Assembly (NCBI GenBank): GCA_963665165.1
Contig: OY761989.1
Span: 679,976-743,975, forward strand
Length of the DNA stretch: 64,000 nucleotides
Reading direction: 5' to 3'
Source: Arenicellales bacterium
GTDB taxonomy: Bacteria > Pseudomonadota > Gammaproteobacteria > Arenicellales > Poriferihabitantaceae
Shown here piece after piece: positions 36,350-46,256 of this stretch. The first letter of the stretch is position 1; each line of letters starts with the position of its first letter. A program made the position numbers and the translations under genes. Below the pieces are notes generated by a model. It was given only the letters and a program-made list of their open reading frames with translations, had not been told where the DNA came from and ran no database searches.

Positions 36350-37585
36350 TTAGCCGAGCAACTGCAAAACGGCGCGCAGATAAATTCGCGCAGATGCCGT
36401 CAGTTCATCAATGGACACATATTCATCCAGCGTATGAGCCTGGTAGATCGACCCCGGACCGCACACGACCGCCGGGCAAAGAAAGTGCGGCGCGTCAGTC
36501 GCCGCCGGGAATACCCCGACATCGGCGGGCCGACCCTGTACGGCCTCGAATGCCGAAGCGATGGTCGAGACCACTTCTGATTCAACCGGTGTATCGAGGG
36601 CTGCGTTGTCGACGGTCGGTTGACCGATTTCATATCTGAAATCGGGGTTTTGGCGGGAGATGCCTTCCAGAATACCGAGGTATTCCGCGATGATCGCCTC
36701 CGGGGTTTCACCGGGCAGGAATCGCCGGTCGACTTCCAGTTCACAGTAATCAGGCACCGCGGAAGAGATCGTGCCCCCCTTGATCACTCCCGGATTGACC
36801 CGCGCATGTCCGCAGACGGGATGTCCGGGCCGGGCCGCCAGATCATCCGCGTAGCGCTCGATCCCCTTGACCACATCGGCCATCAGGCTGATCGCGTTGA
36901 CTCCCGTTTCAGGGACGCTGGAATGGCAGGCCTTGCCGAATGTCCGGATGTGCATGCACAACTGTCCCTTGTGGGTATGGCATACCTTCAGTTCAGTCGG
37001 CTCGCCGACAATCGCCAGATCCGGGAGGGGCCCGTTTTCTGAAATATCCTTCGAACCGATCATGCCGTGTTCTTCATCCACTACCCCGGCGATAAGCAGA
37101 TCGCCCGCCAGCCGGATGTCATGGTTTTGCAGGATGTGGGCCACCTCGATATAGGCCGCGAGCGCCGCCTTCATATCACACGAACCGCGGCCGTATAAAC
37201 GGCCGTCCCGGATCACCGGATCGAACGGACCCGGGTAGCCTTCAACGCCCACGGTATCAAGATGACCCGCCAGCATCACGCATTTCCTGTGTTCGCTCTT
37301 GCGCTCACGGCCGATAATCCGTCCGAACACATTGGGCCGGCCGGCCACCACTTCCCGTCTCGAGGTCTGCAAGCCGAGCGCGGCCATCCGATCCTGATAG
37401 AGGTCGGCGAATTCCAGTTCACGACAGCTTTCTGTGACGTTGCCGTCGAATGGATTGACGCTCGGCGTGGCCACCATGTCCGCGAGGCTGGTTACCAGAC
37501 GCGACTCATCGACTTCATCCACAAGCCCGGCAATGGTTTCGTCGTCGAGTTTGCGCCCGTTGGCAGGAGTCGTTTGCCGCGCCAC
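36350..37585 (-). CDS. M20-family metallopeptidase/deacylase (ArgE/DapE/ACY1 type)
   Basis: 411 aa. 'MLAGHLDTV', 'RGSCDMKAALAAY' and 'VVDEEHG' are M20 metal-ligand motifs. Confidence 0.85.
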   Translation of the reverse strand: MARQTTPANGRKLDDETIAGLVDEVDESRLVTSLADMVATPSVNPFDGNVTESCRELEFADLYQDRMAALGLQTSRREVVAGRPNVFGRIIGRERKSEHRKCVMLAGHLDTVGVEGYPGPFDPVIRDGRLYGRGSCDMKAALAAYIEVAHILQNHDIRLAGDLLIAGVVDEEHGMIGSKDISENGPLPDLAIVGEPTELKVCHTHKGQLCMHIRTFGKACHSSVPETGVNAISLMADVVKGIERYADDLAARPGHPVCGHARVNPGVIKGGTISSAVPDYCELEVDRRFLPGETPEAIIAEYLGILEGISRQNPDFRYEIGQPTVDNAALDTPVESEVVSTIASAFEAVQGRPADVGVFPAATDAPHFLCPAVVCGPGSIYQAHTLDEYVSIDELTASARIYLRAVLQLLG

Positions 37586-37750
37586 TATTGTCCCCCGGTT
37601 CCGTAATACAAGTGATAAGATTGTGACATCAAACCGCGTTCAAATCCATGTATTCCTGAGTCGGCGGCGACAATCGGAGGCAACCGGAAAGCGGTGAAAT
37701 CAAACAGGCACAGTGAAAAAACGGGAACAGAAAAGCGGGTTCGACGGAAC

Positions 37751-38323
37751 ATGACGGACAAAACAAGATGCGGGTGGTGTGGGGATGACGCGCTGTACCG
37801 GGAATATCATGACACGGAATGGGGGAAGCCACTGCATGACGAACGAAAGCTGTTCGAGTTTCTCTGTCTCGAAGGAGCGCAGGCGGGATTGAGCTGGATC
37901 ACCATCCTGAGAAAACGTGAGCGTTACATCCAGGTATTTGACGGGTTCGACCCCGAAAAAATCGCAAGATACGACGAGGGTAAAATCGGTGAACTGCTCG
38001 GTGACTCCGGCATCGTGCGCAATAAACTGAAAGTGAACGGGTTTGTGAAAAACGCCCGGGCCTGCCTGGACATGCGGGAGCGGGGCCTCTCTCTTGACGA
38101 GTATTTCTGGGAATACGTGGACGGCCAGCCGATCCGGAACAACTGGAGCGAGGCGTGGCAGGTACCAGCCAATACGCCGTTATCGGACGCGATCAGCAAG
38201 GATTTGAAAAAGCGCGGCTTCGTCTTTGTCGGCAGTACGATCTGCTATGCTTTCATGCAGGCCACCGGGATGGTCAACGATCACCTCGTCCACTGTTACC
38301 GCCACCAGCAGCTTGCCGGTTGA
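37751..38323 (+). CDS. tag: DNA-3-methyladenine glycosylase I
   Basis: 'RCGWCGDDALYREYHDTEWG', 'LEGAQAGLSWITIL' and 'GSTICYAFMQATGMVNDH' are collinear with E. coli Tag. Confidence 0.85.
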   Translation: MTDKTRCGWCGDDALYREYHDTEWGKPLHDERKLFEFLCLEGAQAGLSWITILRKRERYIQVFDGFDPEKIARYDEGKIGELLGDSGIVRNKLKVNGFVKNARACLDMRERGLSLDEYFWEYVDGQPIRNNWSEAWQVPANTPLSDAISKDLKKRGFVFVGSTICYAFMQATGMVNDHLVHCYRHQQLAG

Positions 38324-38353
38324 CTCTCCCGGATCGCCGCACCCTGTCGCGCT

Positions 38354-40273
38354 CTATCTCACCAGCAACTGGTTGACCCGTTTCACGAATTCGTTCGGGT
38401 TTTTCAATGGCGCTCCTTCCGCCAGTACGGCCTGGTCGAACAGGAGATTCGCCCACTCATCGGCAAGGTCCGCCTCGACATCGATCTGTTTGACAATCTG
38501 GTGCTCGGGATTGATTTCCAGGATCGGTTTCGCAACCGGGGCTTCCTGTCCGATCGACTGCAGGATTCGTTCCATGTTGCCGCCGAGGTCATGTTCATCC
38601 GCTACCAGGCAGCTTGGCGAATCCACCAGCCGGTCTGAAACGCGAACTTCCTTGACCTGATCCTTGAGTACCGATTTGAGCTTCTCGATCAGCGGCTTCA
38701 TGTCCTCTTCCTTCTTCTCGCTTTCCTCCTTGCTTTTCGCGGTGACCAGGTCGTCGATATCCAGACCGCCCCTGGCGATGGATTTGAGCGCTTTTCCTTC
38801 GTACTCACGCAGATGGTTGACGAACCACTCGTCGACCGGGTCGGTCAAAAGCACCACCTCGATCCCGTTTTTGCGGAACACTTCGAGATGCGGGGAGGAT
38901 TTTGCGGCGTTATGGTTCTCAGCCGAGATGTAATAGATTTCCTTTTGCTTCAAAGGCATGCGCGCAATGTAGTCATCCAGTGAGATGGTCTGCGCCTCAT
39001 CGTCCCGGTGGGTGGTTGTGAACCGGGCCAGTTTTGCCAACGTGTCCCTGTTCTGGAAATCCTCGACCACGCCTTCTTTCAGGACACGGCCGTATTCTTT
39101 CCAGAGCGCATTGTATTTTTCTTCATCCTTGCTGGCTATCTTGCCCAGTTCCGTCAGTACTTTCTTTACGGAAGCGGCGCGGATCTTGTCGATTTCCTTG
39201 TTTTGCTGCAGAAATTCACGCGAAACATTCAGCGGCAGGTCGGTCGAATCCACCAGGCCGCGCACGAACCGCAGATAATTCGGCATCAGTTTCTTCGCGT
39301 CATCGGAAATGAAGATGCGCCGGACATACAATTTGATGCCGTGGCGCTGTTCCCGATCCCATAAATCGTACGGCGCCTTCGATGGAATGTAGAACAGGGA
39401 GATGTATTCCATCCTGCCTTCAACCCGGTTATGAATCGTAAGGGCGGGGGGTTCGGGATCGTAGGTCAGGGAGGTGTAGAACGCATTATGTTCCTCTTCG
39501 GAAATGTCCTTTTTCGCCCGCGCCCATAATGCCGAGCCCTTGTTGATGGTTTCCCATTCGACGGCCTGATCCTTTACCGGTTTGCCGTCATCGTCCAGCT
39601 CCGGGCTTTTTTTCATCCGGATCGGCAGGGAAATATGATCCGAGTATTTCGAGATGATGCCGCGTACCCTGAATTCCCCGGCGTACTCCTTGCAGTCCTT
39701 TTTCAACTGGATGATGATTTCCGTTCCCCGCTGTGGCCGGTCGATGGACTCAAGCGTATATTCCCCACTGCCATCGGATACCCACTTGACTCCTTCACTA
39801 CTCTTTGTCCCGGCCTTGCGGGTCAGTAGCGTAACCTTTTTTCCGACCAGAAAACTGGAATAGAAGCCGACTCCGAACTGCCCGATCAGACTGCTGTCCG
39901 CCGATTTGTCCTTGCTCATTTTTTCGAGAAACGCCCTCGTGCCGGAGCGGGCAATGGTGCCGATATCGGCAATCACTTCATCGTGGGTCATGCCGATGCC
40001 GTTGTCGGTGACGGTTACGGTTTTCTTCTTTTCATCCGCCTCCACCCGGATACCGAGGGCGCCATCGTCTTCGAGAAGCGCATCATCGGTCAGCGATTCA
40101 AATCTCAGTTTGTCGCAGGCGTCCGAGGCGTTTGAAATCAGTTCCCGCAGGAATATCTCCTTGTCGCTGTACAGGGAATGGATCATCAGGTGCAGCAGTT
40201 GCTGCACTTCGGTTTGAAATGAATGGGTCTGGACGGCGTCATTCCGGGACGAGGTTTTTGTGCTCATGGTCAT
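38354..40273 (-). CDS. htpG: Chaperone HtpG (Hsp90)
   Basis: 639 aa. 'FQTEVQQLLHLMIHSLYSDKEIFLRELISNASDA' and 'GQFGVGFYS'. Confidence 0.95.
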   Translation of the reverse strand: MTMSTKTSSRNDAVQTHSFQTEVQQLLHLMIHSLYSDKEIFLRELISNASDACDKLRFESLTDDALLEDDGALGIRVEADEKKKTVTVTDNGIGMTHDEVIADIGTIARSGTRAFLEKMSKDKSADSSLIGQFGVGFYSSFLVGKKVTLLTRKAGTKSSEGVKWVSDGSGEYTLESIDRPQRGTEIIIQLKKDCKEYAGEFRVRGIISKYSDHISLPIRMKKSPELDDDGKPVKDQAVEWETINKGSALWARAKKDISEEEHNAFYTSLTYDPEPPALTIHNRVEGRMEYISLFYIPSKAPYDLWDREQRHGIKLYVRRIFISDDAKKLMPNYLRFVRGLVDSTDLPLNVSREFLQQNKEIDKIRAASVKKVLTELGKIASKDEEKYNALWKEYGRVLKEGVVEDFQNRDTLAKLARFTTTHRDDEAQTISLDDYIARMPLKQKEIYYISAENHNAAKSSPHLEVFRKNGIEVVLLTDPVDEWFVNHLREYEGKALKSIARGGLDIDDLVTAKSKEESEKKEEDMKPLIEKLKSVLKDQVKEVRVSDRLVDSPSCLVADEHDLGGNMERILQSIGQEAPVAKPILEINPEHQIVKQIDVEADLADEWANLLFDQAVLAEGAPLKNPNEFVKRVNQLLVR

Positions 40274-40303
40274 ACAGGTAAAGGGATTTTGATTTGACTG
40301 CTG

Positions 40304-40332
40304 AAAATGGGGGCGGGTTGTGATCTTTCAAG
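40304..40332 (-). promoter_or_regulatory. Sigma-32 (heat-shock) promoter of htpG
   Basis: The minus strand reads CTTGAAA-N-CCCCCATTTT. There are 14 nt between CTTGAA and CCCCAT, about 30 nt upstream of the htpG ATG. This matches the RpoH consensus CTTGAA-N13-15-CCCCATNT. Confidence 0.6.
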
Positions 40333-40370
40333 CGATTTTACGCGGTTCTCTTGCCTGAAGTTGATAATGA

Positions 40371-40399
40371 TTGACCTGAAGGGCCATAATTCGTATATT
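40371..40399 (+). promoter_or_regulatory. Sigma-70 promoter of the tRNA operon
   Basis: TTGACC-17 nt-TATATT followed by a GC-rich discriminator (CCGCAGG), about 30 nt upstream of tRNA-Pro. Confidence 0.5.
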
Positions 40400-40432
40400 C
40401 CGCAGGCTTTGCAGGTATGATGCAAAAGAACA

Positions 40433-40509
40433 CGGGGTATAGCGCAGTCTGGTAGCGCGCCTGCTTTGGGAGCAGGATGTCGGGAGTTCAAATCTCTCTA
40501 CCCCGACCA
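40433..40509 (+). tRNA. tRNA-Pro (anticodon UGG)
   Basis: 77-nt cloverleaf CGGGGTA...TACCCCGACCA. The anticodon loop is TTTGGGA. TTCAAAT T-loop and encoded CCA. Confidence 0.9.
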
Positions 40510-40528
40510 GTTTTCCGTTTTGTCCGTT

Positions 40529-40927
40529 GCGCCCGTAGCTCAACCGGATAGAGCAACGGCCTTTAAGCTTCATTCTGGCATTTGGCCACAGGGTTTTGTG
40601 CAGAGTGGAACCGGGAGCCTTCGGAAGGAACAAGTAACTTTCGAAGTGGAGGGCACTGTATCGGTGGAACCTTAACGCAGGCGGGTCACGAAGTTGTGTC
40701 TGTGGTCCGTCCGGCGATGGCAATACCGAGGAAACCCGATTCGATCTGTTAGAATCGGACCGGGGATCCGTAGAGACTATACGTGCCCCGCCTGAAATGG
40801 CGAAGATATAGTCCAGACTCCAAACCCGGCGGGTTGGTTGGTACACCCTCAACTCTCCGGGGCGGTGAAAACCGTAGTGGGTAAGCTAAGCCGTAGGTTA
40901 CAGGTTCGAATCCTGTCGGGCGCGCCA
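40529..40927 (+). tRNA. tRNA-Arg (anticodon UCU) interrupted by a 322-nt intron between nt 34 and 35
   Basis: Exon 1 is 40529-40563 and exon 2 is 40886-40927. They join to a 77-nt cloverleaf with acceptor GCGCCCG/CGGGCGC, anticodon arm ACGGC-CUUCUAA-GCCGU and an encoded CCA. The anticodon arm is near-identical to E. coli argU as recalled. Confidence 0.85.
40564..40885 (+). ncRNA. Group I intron (ORF-less; subgroup not determined)
   Basis: Preceded by U and ends in G. R-like GTAGAGACTATACG and S-like AAGATATAGTCC elements. P7 is GACTATA (40775-81) / TATAGTC (40807-13). P3 is GGGCAC (40651-56) / GTGCCC (40783-88). P8 is the hairpin CGCC-TGAAAT-GGCG (40789-40802). Confidence 0.8.
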
Positions 40928-40974
40928 TTTATGGCCATAACGATTTTCGTTCAGGGTGTTTTTTACAGGTTTGT

Positions 40975-41051
40975 GGTGAGCGTAGCTCAGTTGGTAGAGC
41001 CCCGGATTGTGATTCCGGTCGTCGTGGGTTCGAGTCCCATCGTTCACCCCA
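40975..41051 (+). tRNA. tRNA-His (anticodon GUG)
   Basis: Encoded G-1. GGTGAGCGTAGCTCAGTTGGTAGAGC...; anticodon loop TTGTGAT; encoded CCA. Confidence 0.9.
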
Positions 41052-41079
41052 TTTAATAGTGAAACTGCGAACAGGAACT

Positions 41080-41164
<85 letters not shown>

Positions 41165-41240
41165 TTTTTCAGCCTGTACTACAGGACGACGGCATTCGAT
41201 ACCAGGATATAGAGATAATGAAAGTTTTGAGGAACTGAAA

Positions 41241-42563
41241 ATGCAGGTTTCCGTTGAAGAGTCTGGCGCTATCGAGCGAAAACTTGCCATTTGCGTACCG
41301 TCTGACGAGATTGAATCAGAGGTATCCAAACGACTGCACGATGCTGCCAGAAAGACGCGCATTCCGGGTTTCAGGCCCGGCAAGGCGCCCTTGCGTATTA
41401 TCCGGCAACGATATGCTCCCGGGATTACCAACGAGGTCGTGATGGAGACCATCCAGTCGAGTTACGACGCCGCGCTGCAGCAGCAGGAGATTGTTCCGGC
41501 CGGGCTGCTTTCGATTGATCCTGTACCGTATGAGTCAGGCAATGACCTGGAGTTCGTCGCGACCATAGAAGTCTTTCCGTCCATTCCTTCACTGGACCTG
41601 GACGGGGTGACCATCCGTAAACCGGTAGTCGAGGTGACCGGGCAGGACGTGGACAATACGATGGAGGATATTCGCCTGCGTCATGCGGATAATTATGCCG
41701 CCAGACAGGGAAAATCGGAAAAAGGCGACAAGCTGACGGTCGATTTTGAAGGAAAAATAGAGGGTGAGAGCTTTGAAGGGGGAGCAGTACAAGGGCATTC
41801 CTTCATCCTCGGCAACCGGGAGATGCCGGAAGAGTTTGAAAACGGGCTTGTCGGTGTCGTCCGGGATGAAGTCAGCGTGATTTCCGTTTCGTATCCGGAG
41901 ATCTACAATATTCCCGTTCTGGCTGGCAAGGAGGTCGAATATACGATCACGACCAAAGCGATAGAGCAACCGGAATTGCCCGAACTCGATGATGAGTTCG
42001 CCAAAAAAATGGGGGTCGATGAGGGTGGTATGGAAAAATTGCGGGAGGAGGTGAAAAACAATCTGGCGCGTGAACTGGATGAGCGTTTGCGGGGTGTGAT
42101 TCACCAAAGGGTCATGGACGGGCTGCTGCAGAAAAACGAAATCGAAGTGCCGAAATCACTGGTCGAAAATGAAATTGACCATTCGGTGCGAAGGCTTGAA
42201 CAGTACATGGCGGCCCAGGGCCTGCCGGCGGGTGAAGTCAATCGGGATCTTTACGTGGACGAAGCGAAGAGGCGGGTTGCCCTGAGTCTGATCGTCAAGG
42301 CGATTATTGACAAGGAGGTGATTCAGGTGGACCCGGAAGCGGTCAAGGCGAGGGTGACCAGGCTGGCGGCCAGCTATGAGCAGCCGGAAGCCTTTGTAAG
42401 CCATTTCATGTCGGACCCCGAACAGGCGAAGAGGATCGAAGCGGTCATGTTCGAAGAACAGGTTGTGGAAACGATGCTGGAAACGGCGACCGTTGAAGAG
42501 GAAAAACTCTCACTTCGGGAATTCATGAACGAGCAGGATTCTGGCGCCAGAACCGGAGCCTGA
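41241..42563 (+). CDS. tig: Trigger factor
   Basis: 440 aa. 'MQVSVEESGAIERKLAICVP...GFRPGKAP' and the position upstream of clpP-clpX. Confidence 0.95.
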   Translation: MQVSVEESGAIERKLAICVPSDEIESEVSKRLHDAARKTRIPGFRPGKAPLRIIRQRYAPGITNEVVMETIQSSYDAALQQQEIVPAGLLSIDPVPYESGNDLEFVATIEVFPSIPSLDLDGVTIRKPVVEVTGQDVDNTMEDIRLRHADNYAARQGKSEKGDKLTVDFEGKIEGESFEGGAVQGHSFILGNREMPEEFENGLVGVVRDEVSVISVSYPEIYNIPVLAGKEVEYTITTKAIEQPELPELDDEFAKKMGVDEGGMEKLREEVKNNLARELDERLRGVIHQRVMDGLLQKNEIEVPKSLVENEIDHSVRRLEQYMAAQGLPAGEVNRDLYVDEAKRRVALSLIVKAIIDKEVIQVDPEAVKARVTRLAASYEQPEAFVSHFMSDPEQAKRIEAVMFEEQVVETMLETATVEEEKLSLREFMNEQDSGARTGA

Positions 42564-42604
42564 TCGGGTAGCATTGCCGGAGACCACGATGCACGGAGAC
42601 TAAA

Positions 42605-43204
42605 ATGAAAACCGAAAATATCAATTTTGTGCCCATGGTGGTGGAATCCACCGGACGCGGGGAAAGGGCTTATGATATCTATTCCCGGCTGCTCAAGGAG
42701 CGGGTCGTCTTCATGGTCGGCCCGGTGGACGACCACATGGCCAACATCATCGTCGCGCAACTGCTGTTCCTCGAGTCGGAAAACCCGGAGAAGGATATTT
42801 CCCTGTATGTGAACAGTCCGGGCGGCAACGTTTCATCGGGCCTGGCGGTGTACGACACCATGCAGTTCATACGGCCGGATGTCAGTACCGTGTGTATCGG
42901 CCAGGCCGCCAGTATGGGGGCCGTGATCCTGGCCGGAGGGGAAAAGGATAAACGCCACGCGTTGCCCCATTCCAGGGTGATGATTCATCAGCCCATGGGC
43001 GGATCCCAGGGCCAGGCGTCCGATATTGAAATTCATACCCGGGAGATCCTTGGGGTCAGAGAGCGGCTCAACCAGATTCTCTCGAATCATACCGGTAAAT
43101 CCCTGGGTACGATCAAGACCGATACGGACAGGGACAATTTCATGAGCGCCGAGGATGCCCGGAAATATGGCATTATTGATTCTGTATTAAAAAAACGGTT
43201 ATAG
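42605..43204 (+). CDS. clpP: ATP-dependent Clp protease proteolytic subunit
   Basis: '[17 protein letters not shown]', catalytic 'GQAASMGA' and 'MIHQPMGG'. Confidence 0.95.
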   Translation: MKTENINFVPMVVESTGRGERAYDIYSRLLKERVVFMVGPVDDHMANIIVAQLLFLESENPEKDISLYVNSPGGNVSSGLAVYDTMQFIRPDVSTVCIGQAASMGAVILAGGEKDKRHALPHSRVMIHQPMGGSQGQASDIEIHTREILGVRERLNQILSNHTGKSLGTIKTDTDRDNFMSAEDARKYGIIDSVLKKRL

Positions 43205-43249
43205 TTGGAGATTGGCGGCTACTACAATACGATAATTGACCGAATAGCG

Positions 43250-44533
43250 ATGACTGACGAAACCTCAGCTAGAAACGAGAAGCTGCTTTACTGTTCCTTT
43301 TGCGGTAAAAGCCAGCACGAAGCCAGGAAACTGATCGCCGGACCATCTGTCTTCATTTGTGACGAATGTGTCGATCTTTGCAACGGAATTATTCGCGATG
43401 AAATCACCGGCGAGGCCTCTCCCGCGGGCAATGAATCCGGATTTCCAAAACCCCGGGAAATCCACGCTATTCTTGATGACTATGTGATCGGACAGCAGGA
43501 CGCGAAGAAAATGCTGTCGGTTGCGGTTTACAACCACTACAAAAGAATTGAAAACGAAGAAGCGAATTCCGCCGTTGATATTTCCAAAAGCAATATTCTC
43601 CTGATTGGCCCGACCGGCTCAGGCAAGACGTTACTGGCCGAGACGCTGGCGAAACAGCTGAACGTCCCGTTCACGATTGCGGACGCGACCACGCTGACCG
43701 AAGCCGGTTATGTCGGCGAGGATGTTGAAAATATCATCCAGAAGTTGCTTCAGGCCTGCGATTATGAAGTTGAAAAAGCCGAGGTCGGGATCGTTTATAT
43801 TGACGAGATCGACAAGGTGTCACGCAAGGCCGAGGGGCCGTCCATTACCCGTGATGTTTCCGGGGAAGGCGTTCAACAGGCCCTGCTGAAACTGATTGAA
43901 GGCACCATTGCCGCAATTCCGCCGCATGGCGGGCGCAAACATCCCCACCAGGAATTGCTGCAGGTGGATACCCGCAATATCCTGTTCCTGTGCGGCGGCG
44001 CTTTCGCGGGTATCGAGAAGGTCATCCAGGACCGGACCGAAAAGTCCGGCATCGGGTTCGGCGCCGATATCAAGGATAAATCACCAGATCAAAGGTCCAA
44101 TGAACTGCTGCAGAAACTGGAGCCTGAAGATCTGGTCAAGTTCGGGTTGATCCCGGAGTTTGTGGGCCGGCTCCCGGTGATTGCGACGCTCGAAGAGCTG
44201 GATGAAGAATCCCTTGTGCGGATTCTGGTCGAACCCAAAAACGCCCTGACGAAGCAATATCAGACCCTGTTCAAATTTGAAGGCGTCGAGCTGGAATTCC
44301 GCGAAGACGCGCTGCGTCAGATTGCGATCAAGGCCATGGATCGTAAATCAGGCGCCAGAGGGCTGCGCTCGATCATGGAGGGCGCATTGATAGAAACGAT
44401 GTACGAGTTACCTTCGCTCGAGGGGATCAACAAGGTCGTGGTCGATTCCTCAGTGATTACCGAAGGTTCGCGGCCGCTTTATGTATACGAGAAGGAAAAG
44501 GCCAAAAAAACGGCTGCCATGCTGTCAACCTGA
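43250..44533 (+). CDS. clpX: ATP-dependent Clp protease ATP-binding subunit ClpX
   Basis: Zinc ribbon '[29 protein letters not shown]' and Walker A 'GPTGSGKT'. Start set at ATG 43250. Confidence 0.95.
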   Translation: MTDETSARNEKLLYCSFCGKSQHEARKLIAGPSVFICDECVDLCNGIIRDEITGEASPAGNESGFPKPREIHAILDDYVIGQQDAKKMLSVAVYNHYKRIENEEANSAVDISKSNILLIGPTGSGKTLLAETLAKQLNVPFTIADATTLTEAGYVGEDVENIIQKLLQACDYEVEKAEVGIVYIDEIDKVSRKAEGPSITRDVSGEGVQQALLKLIEGTIAAIPPHGGRKHPHQELLQVDTRNILFLCGGAFAGIEKVIQDRTEKSGIGFGADIKDKSPDQRSNELLQKLEPEDLVKFGLIPEFVGRLPVIATLEELDEESLVRILVEPKNALTKQYQTLFKFEGVELEFREDALRQIAIKAMDRKSGARGLRSIMEGALIETMYELPSLEGINKVVVDSSVITEGSRPLYVYEKEKAKKTAAMLST

Positions 44534-44549
44534 CCGACCCTGACTGGTC

Positions 44550-45551
44550 ATGGCCGAATCCGCTTCCCTGGAATCCAGCCCCCGGACCAAGGGGCCGTGG
44601 AACTGGCATCCGCAGTTGCCTTTGGTAATGCCGCCGATTTTCGTATGGCCTCCACAACCCGTTGAAGCGTTGAAATTTATTCTGGGCCGGGGGTTTGCGC
44701 TGTCCCAGATGATGATTTTCGTCCTGCTGGGGTTTGTCACCTGGTTCTACCTCTCTCCGGGAATCGAGGGATGGAAGACCTTTTCGACAGGCTGGGTCTT
44801 TCAGGTCTGGGCGATCAATATGGGACTCTCCGTGGTGGTCGCAGGTGGCCTGCATCTTTATTTCCATACCTGGAAATGCCAGGGCAAGGTGCAAAGATAC
44901 GAGCATCGGGAACTGGCCAGGAACAACCGGGCATTCCTGTTCAACAATCAGGTCTGGGACAATATTTTCTGGAGCTGCGCCAGCGGTGTCACGGTCTGGA
45001 CCGGTTTCCAGGTATTGCTGATGTGGGCCTATGCCAACCAGATCATCATGTGGAATACCTGGTCAGGCAATCCGTACTGGTTCGTCAGCCTGTTCCTGAT
45101 ACTGGTGGCATGGGAGTCGATGCATTTCTACTTCGTACATCGGCTGATTCACTGGCCACCGTTATACCGGATTGCCCACGCCCTGCATCACAAGAACGTC
45201 ACGATCGGGCCATGGTCGGGGCTGGCGATGCATCCGATCGAGCACCTGTTTTATTTCAGCACCGTGCTGATTCATCTGGTCATTCCTTCCCACCCGGTCC
45301 ACATGTTCTTCCATATCTACCTGACCGCCCTGTCAGCCTATACCGGGCACGTCGGGTTCGAATCCATTGTGATCAAGGGAAAATCCACGCTCGGCATCGC
45401 GAACCTGTTCCATCAACTCCATCACCGATACTTCGAATGCAACTACGGAACGCCGTATATGCCCTGGGACAAATGGCTCGGCACCATGCACGACGGCACC
45501 GAGGAAGCAACCCGCAGGATCAACCAGCGCCGGGCCAGTATGAATTCCTGA
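44550..45551 (+). CDS. Fatty acid hydroxylase/sterol desaturase superfamily membrane protein
   Basis: Histidine boxes 'HRLIHWPPLYRIAHALHHKN' and 'HQLHHRYFECNYG', with several TM segments. Confidence 0.75.
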   Translation: MAESASLESSPRTKGPWNWHPQLPLVMPPIFVWPPQPVEALKFILGRGFALSQMMIFVLLGFVTWFYLSPGIEGWKTFSTGWVFQVWAINMGLSVVVAGGLHLYFHTWKCQGKVQRYEHRELARNNRAFLFNNQVWDNIFWSCASGVTVWTGFQVLLMWAYANQIIMWNTWSGNPYWFVSLFLILVAWESMHFYFVHRLIHWPPLYRIAHALHHKNVTIGPWSGLAMHPIEHLFYFSTVLIHLVIPSHPVHMFFHIYLTALSAYTGHVGFESIVIKGKSTLGIANLFHQLHHRYFECNYGTPYMPWDKWLGTMHDGTEEATRRINQRRASMNS

Positions 45552-45558
45552 TCTTCCG

Positions 45559-46197
45559 TCAAGGCTCTGCATTATACAGCTCTCTCATCTGTGCCAGAAA
45601 CCGTGTTTGGCCGCCATAACCGGGGTGCCGCGCCTGAAAGACTTTATTTCGATCATACAAGCGGAGCGCGGTTCTCGTCGCATCGTTGCCTATTGCGATC
45701 AGGCGGTTTGGCTTCAAAAGACGAATAAGCAGATGGAGAAATTCCTCGCCGATTTTGCACTCACCGGAATTGTGGGGACGATTGCTGAAAGGGTTGTCCG
45801 GTTTGTGGGGGTGCAGCGGGAATACGTTCCAGAGAAAGACAGATGATTCGATTCGGGAAAGAACCCGCCAGATGATGGTCGCAGTTCGTTCCGTAACGGC
45901 TTCTCCTTTCGTTGGCCGTTCCATGGACAATCCCCAACGCCCGGTGTGAGCGTGAATATGCACATCGTCCGTCAAGGCCAGCCCCGTTCTTCTGCCGCCG
46001 CGATAGCCGAGGTCGCGCCCAATCCAGAGAGCGTCCACTTCCTGTTCGGTTGCCGCATCCAGTATGGATTGCAGGATATGAACTCTACAGCGCGGCGCAT
46101 TCTCCAGGTCGTGAACCGCGCAACGATTGGAATAAGGGTTAAAAGTGTTTTCCAGATCCAGGCTGCACAACGCTTCAACGTATTGCGCGGGTCCCAT
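45559..46197 (-). CDS. Uracil-DNA-glycosylase-superfamily protein (family uncertain)
   Basis: 212 aa. 'GYRGGRRTGLALT' and 'VFLWNVFPLHPH' resemble UDG-fold motifs. Weak call. Confidence 0.45.
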   Translation of the reverse strand: MGPAQYVEALCSLDLENTFNPYSNRCAVHDLENAPRCRVHILQSILDAATEQEVDALWIGRDLGYRGGRRTGLALTDDVHIHAHTGRWGLSMERPTKGEAVTERTATIIWRVLSRIESSVFLWNVFPLHPHKPDNPFSNRPHNSGECKIGEEFLHLLIRLLKPNRLIAIGNDATRTALRLYDRNKVFQARHPGYGGQTRFLAQMRELYNAEP

Positions 46198-46256
46198 GCC
46201 GGATGAGCGCCTGGTTCACATATACCGCTTGCGTTCTTCTTGCCCAGACTGAATAT

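Noticed and set aside
40564-40660. Attempts to define P1/IGS and P10 of the intron, for example exon CCUU pairing with GAGG at 40649-40652, or GGCC with 40584-40587.
   Set aside because: The first candidate conflicts with P3 and lies unusually far into the intron. The second lacks the U-G wobble. I could not settle the pairing by eye, so no P1/P10 claim is made.
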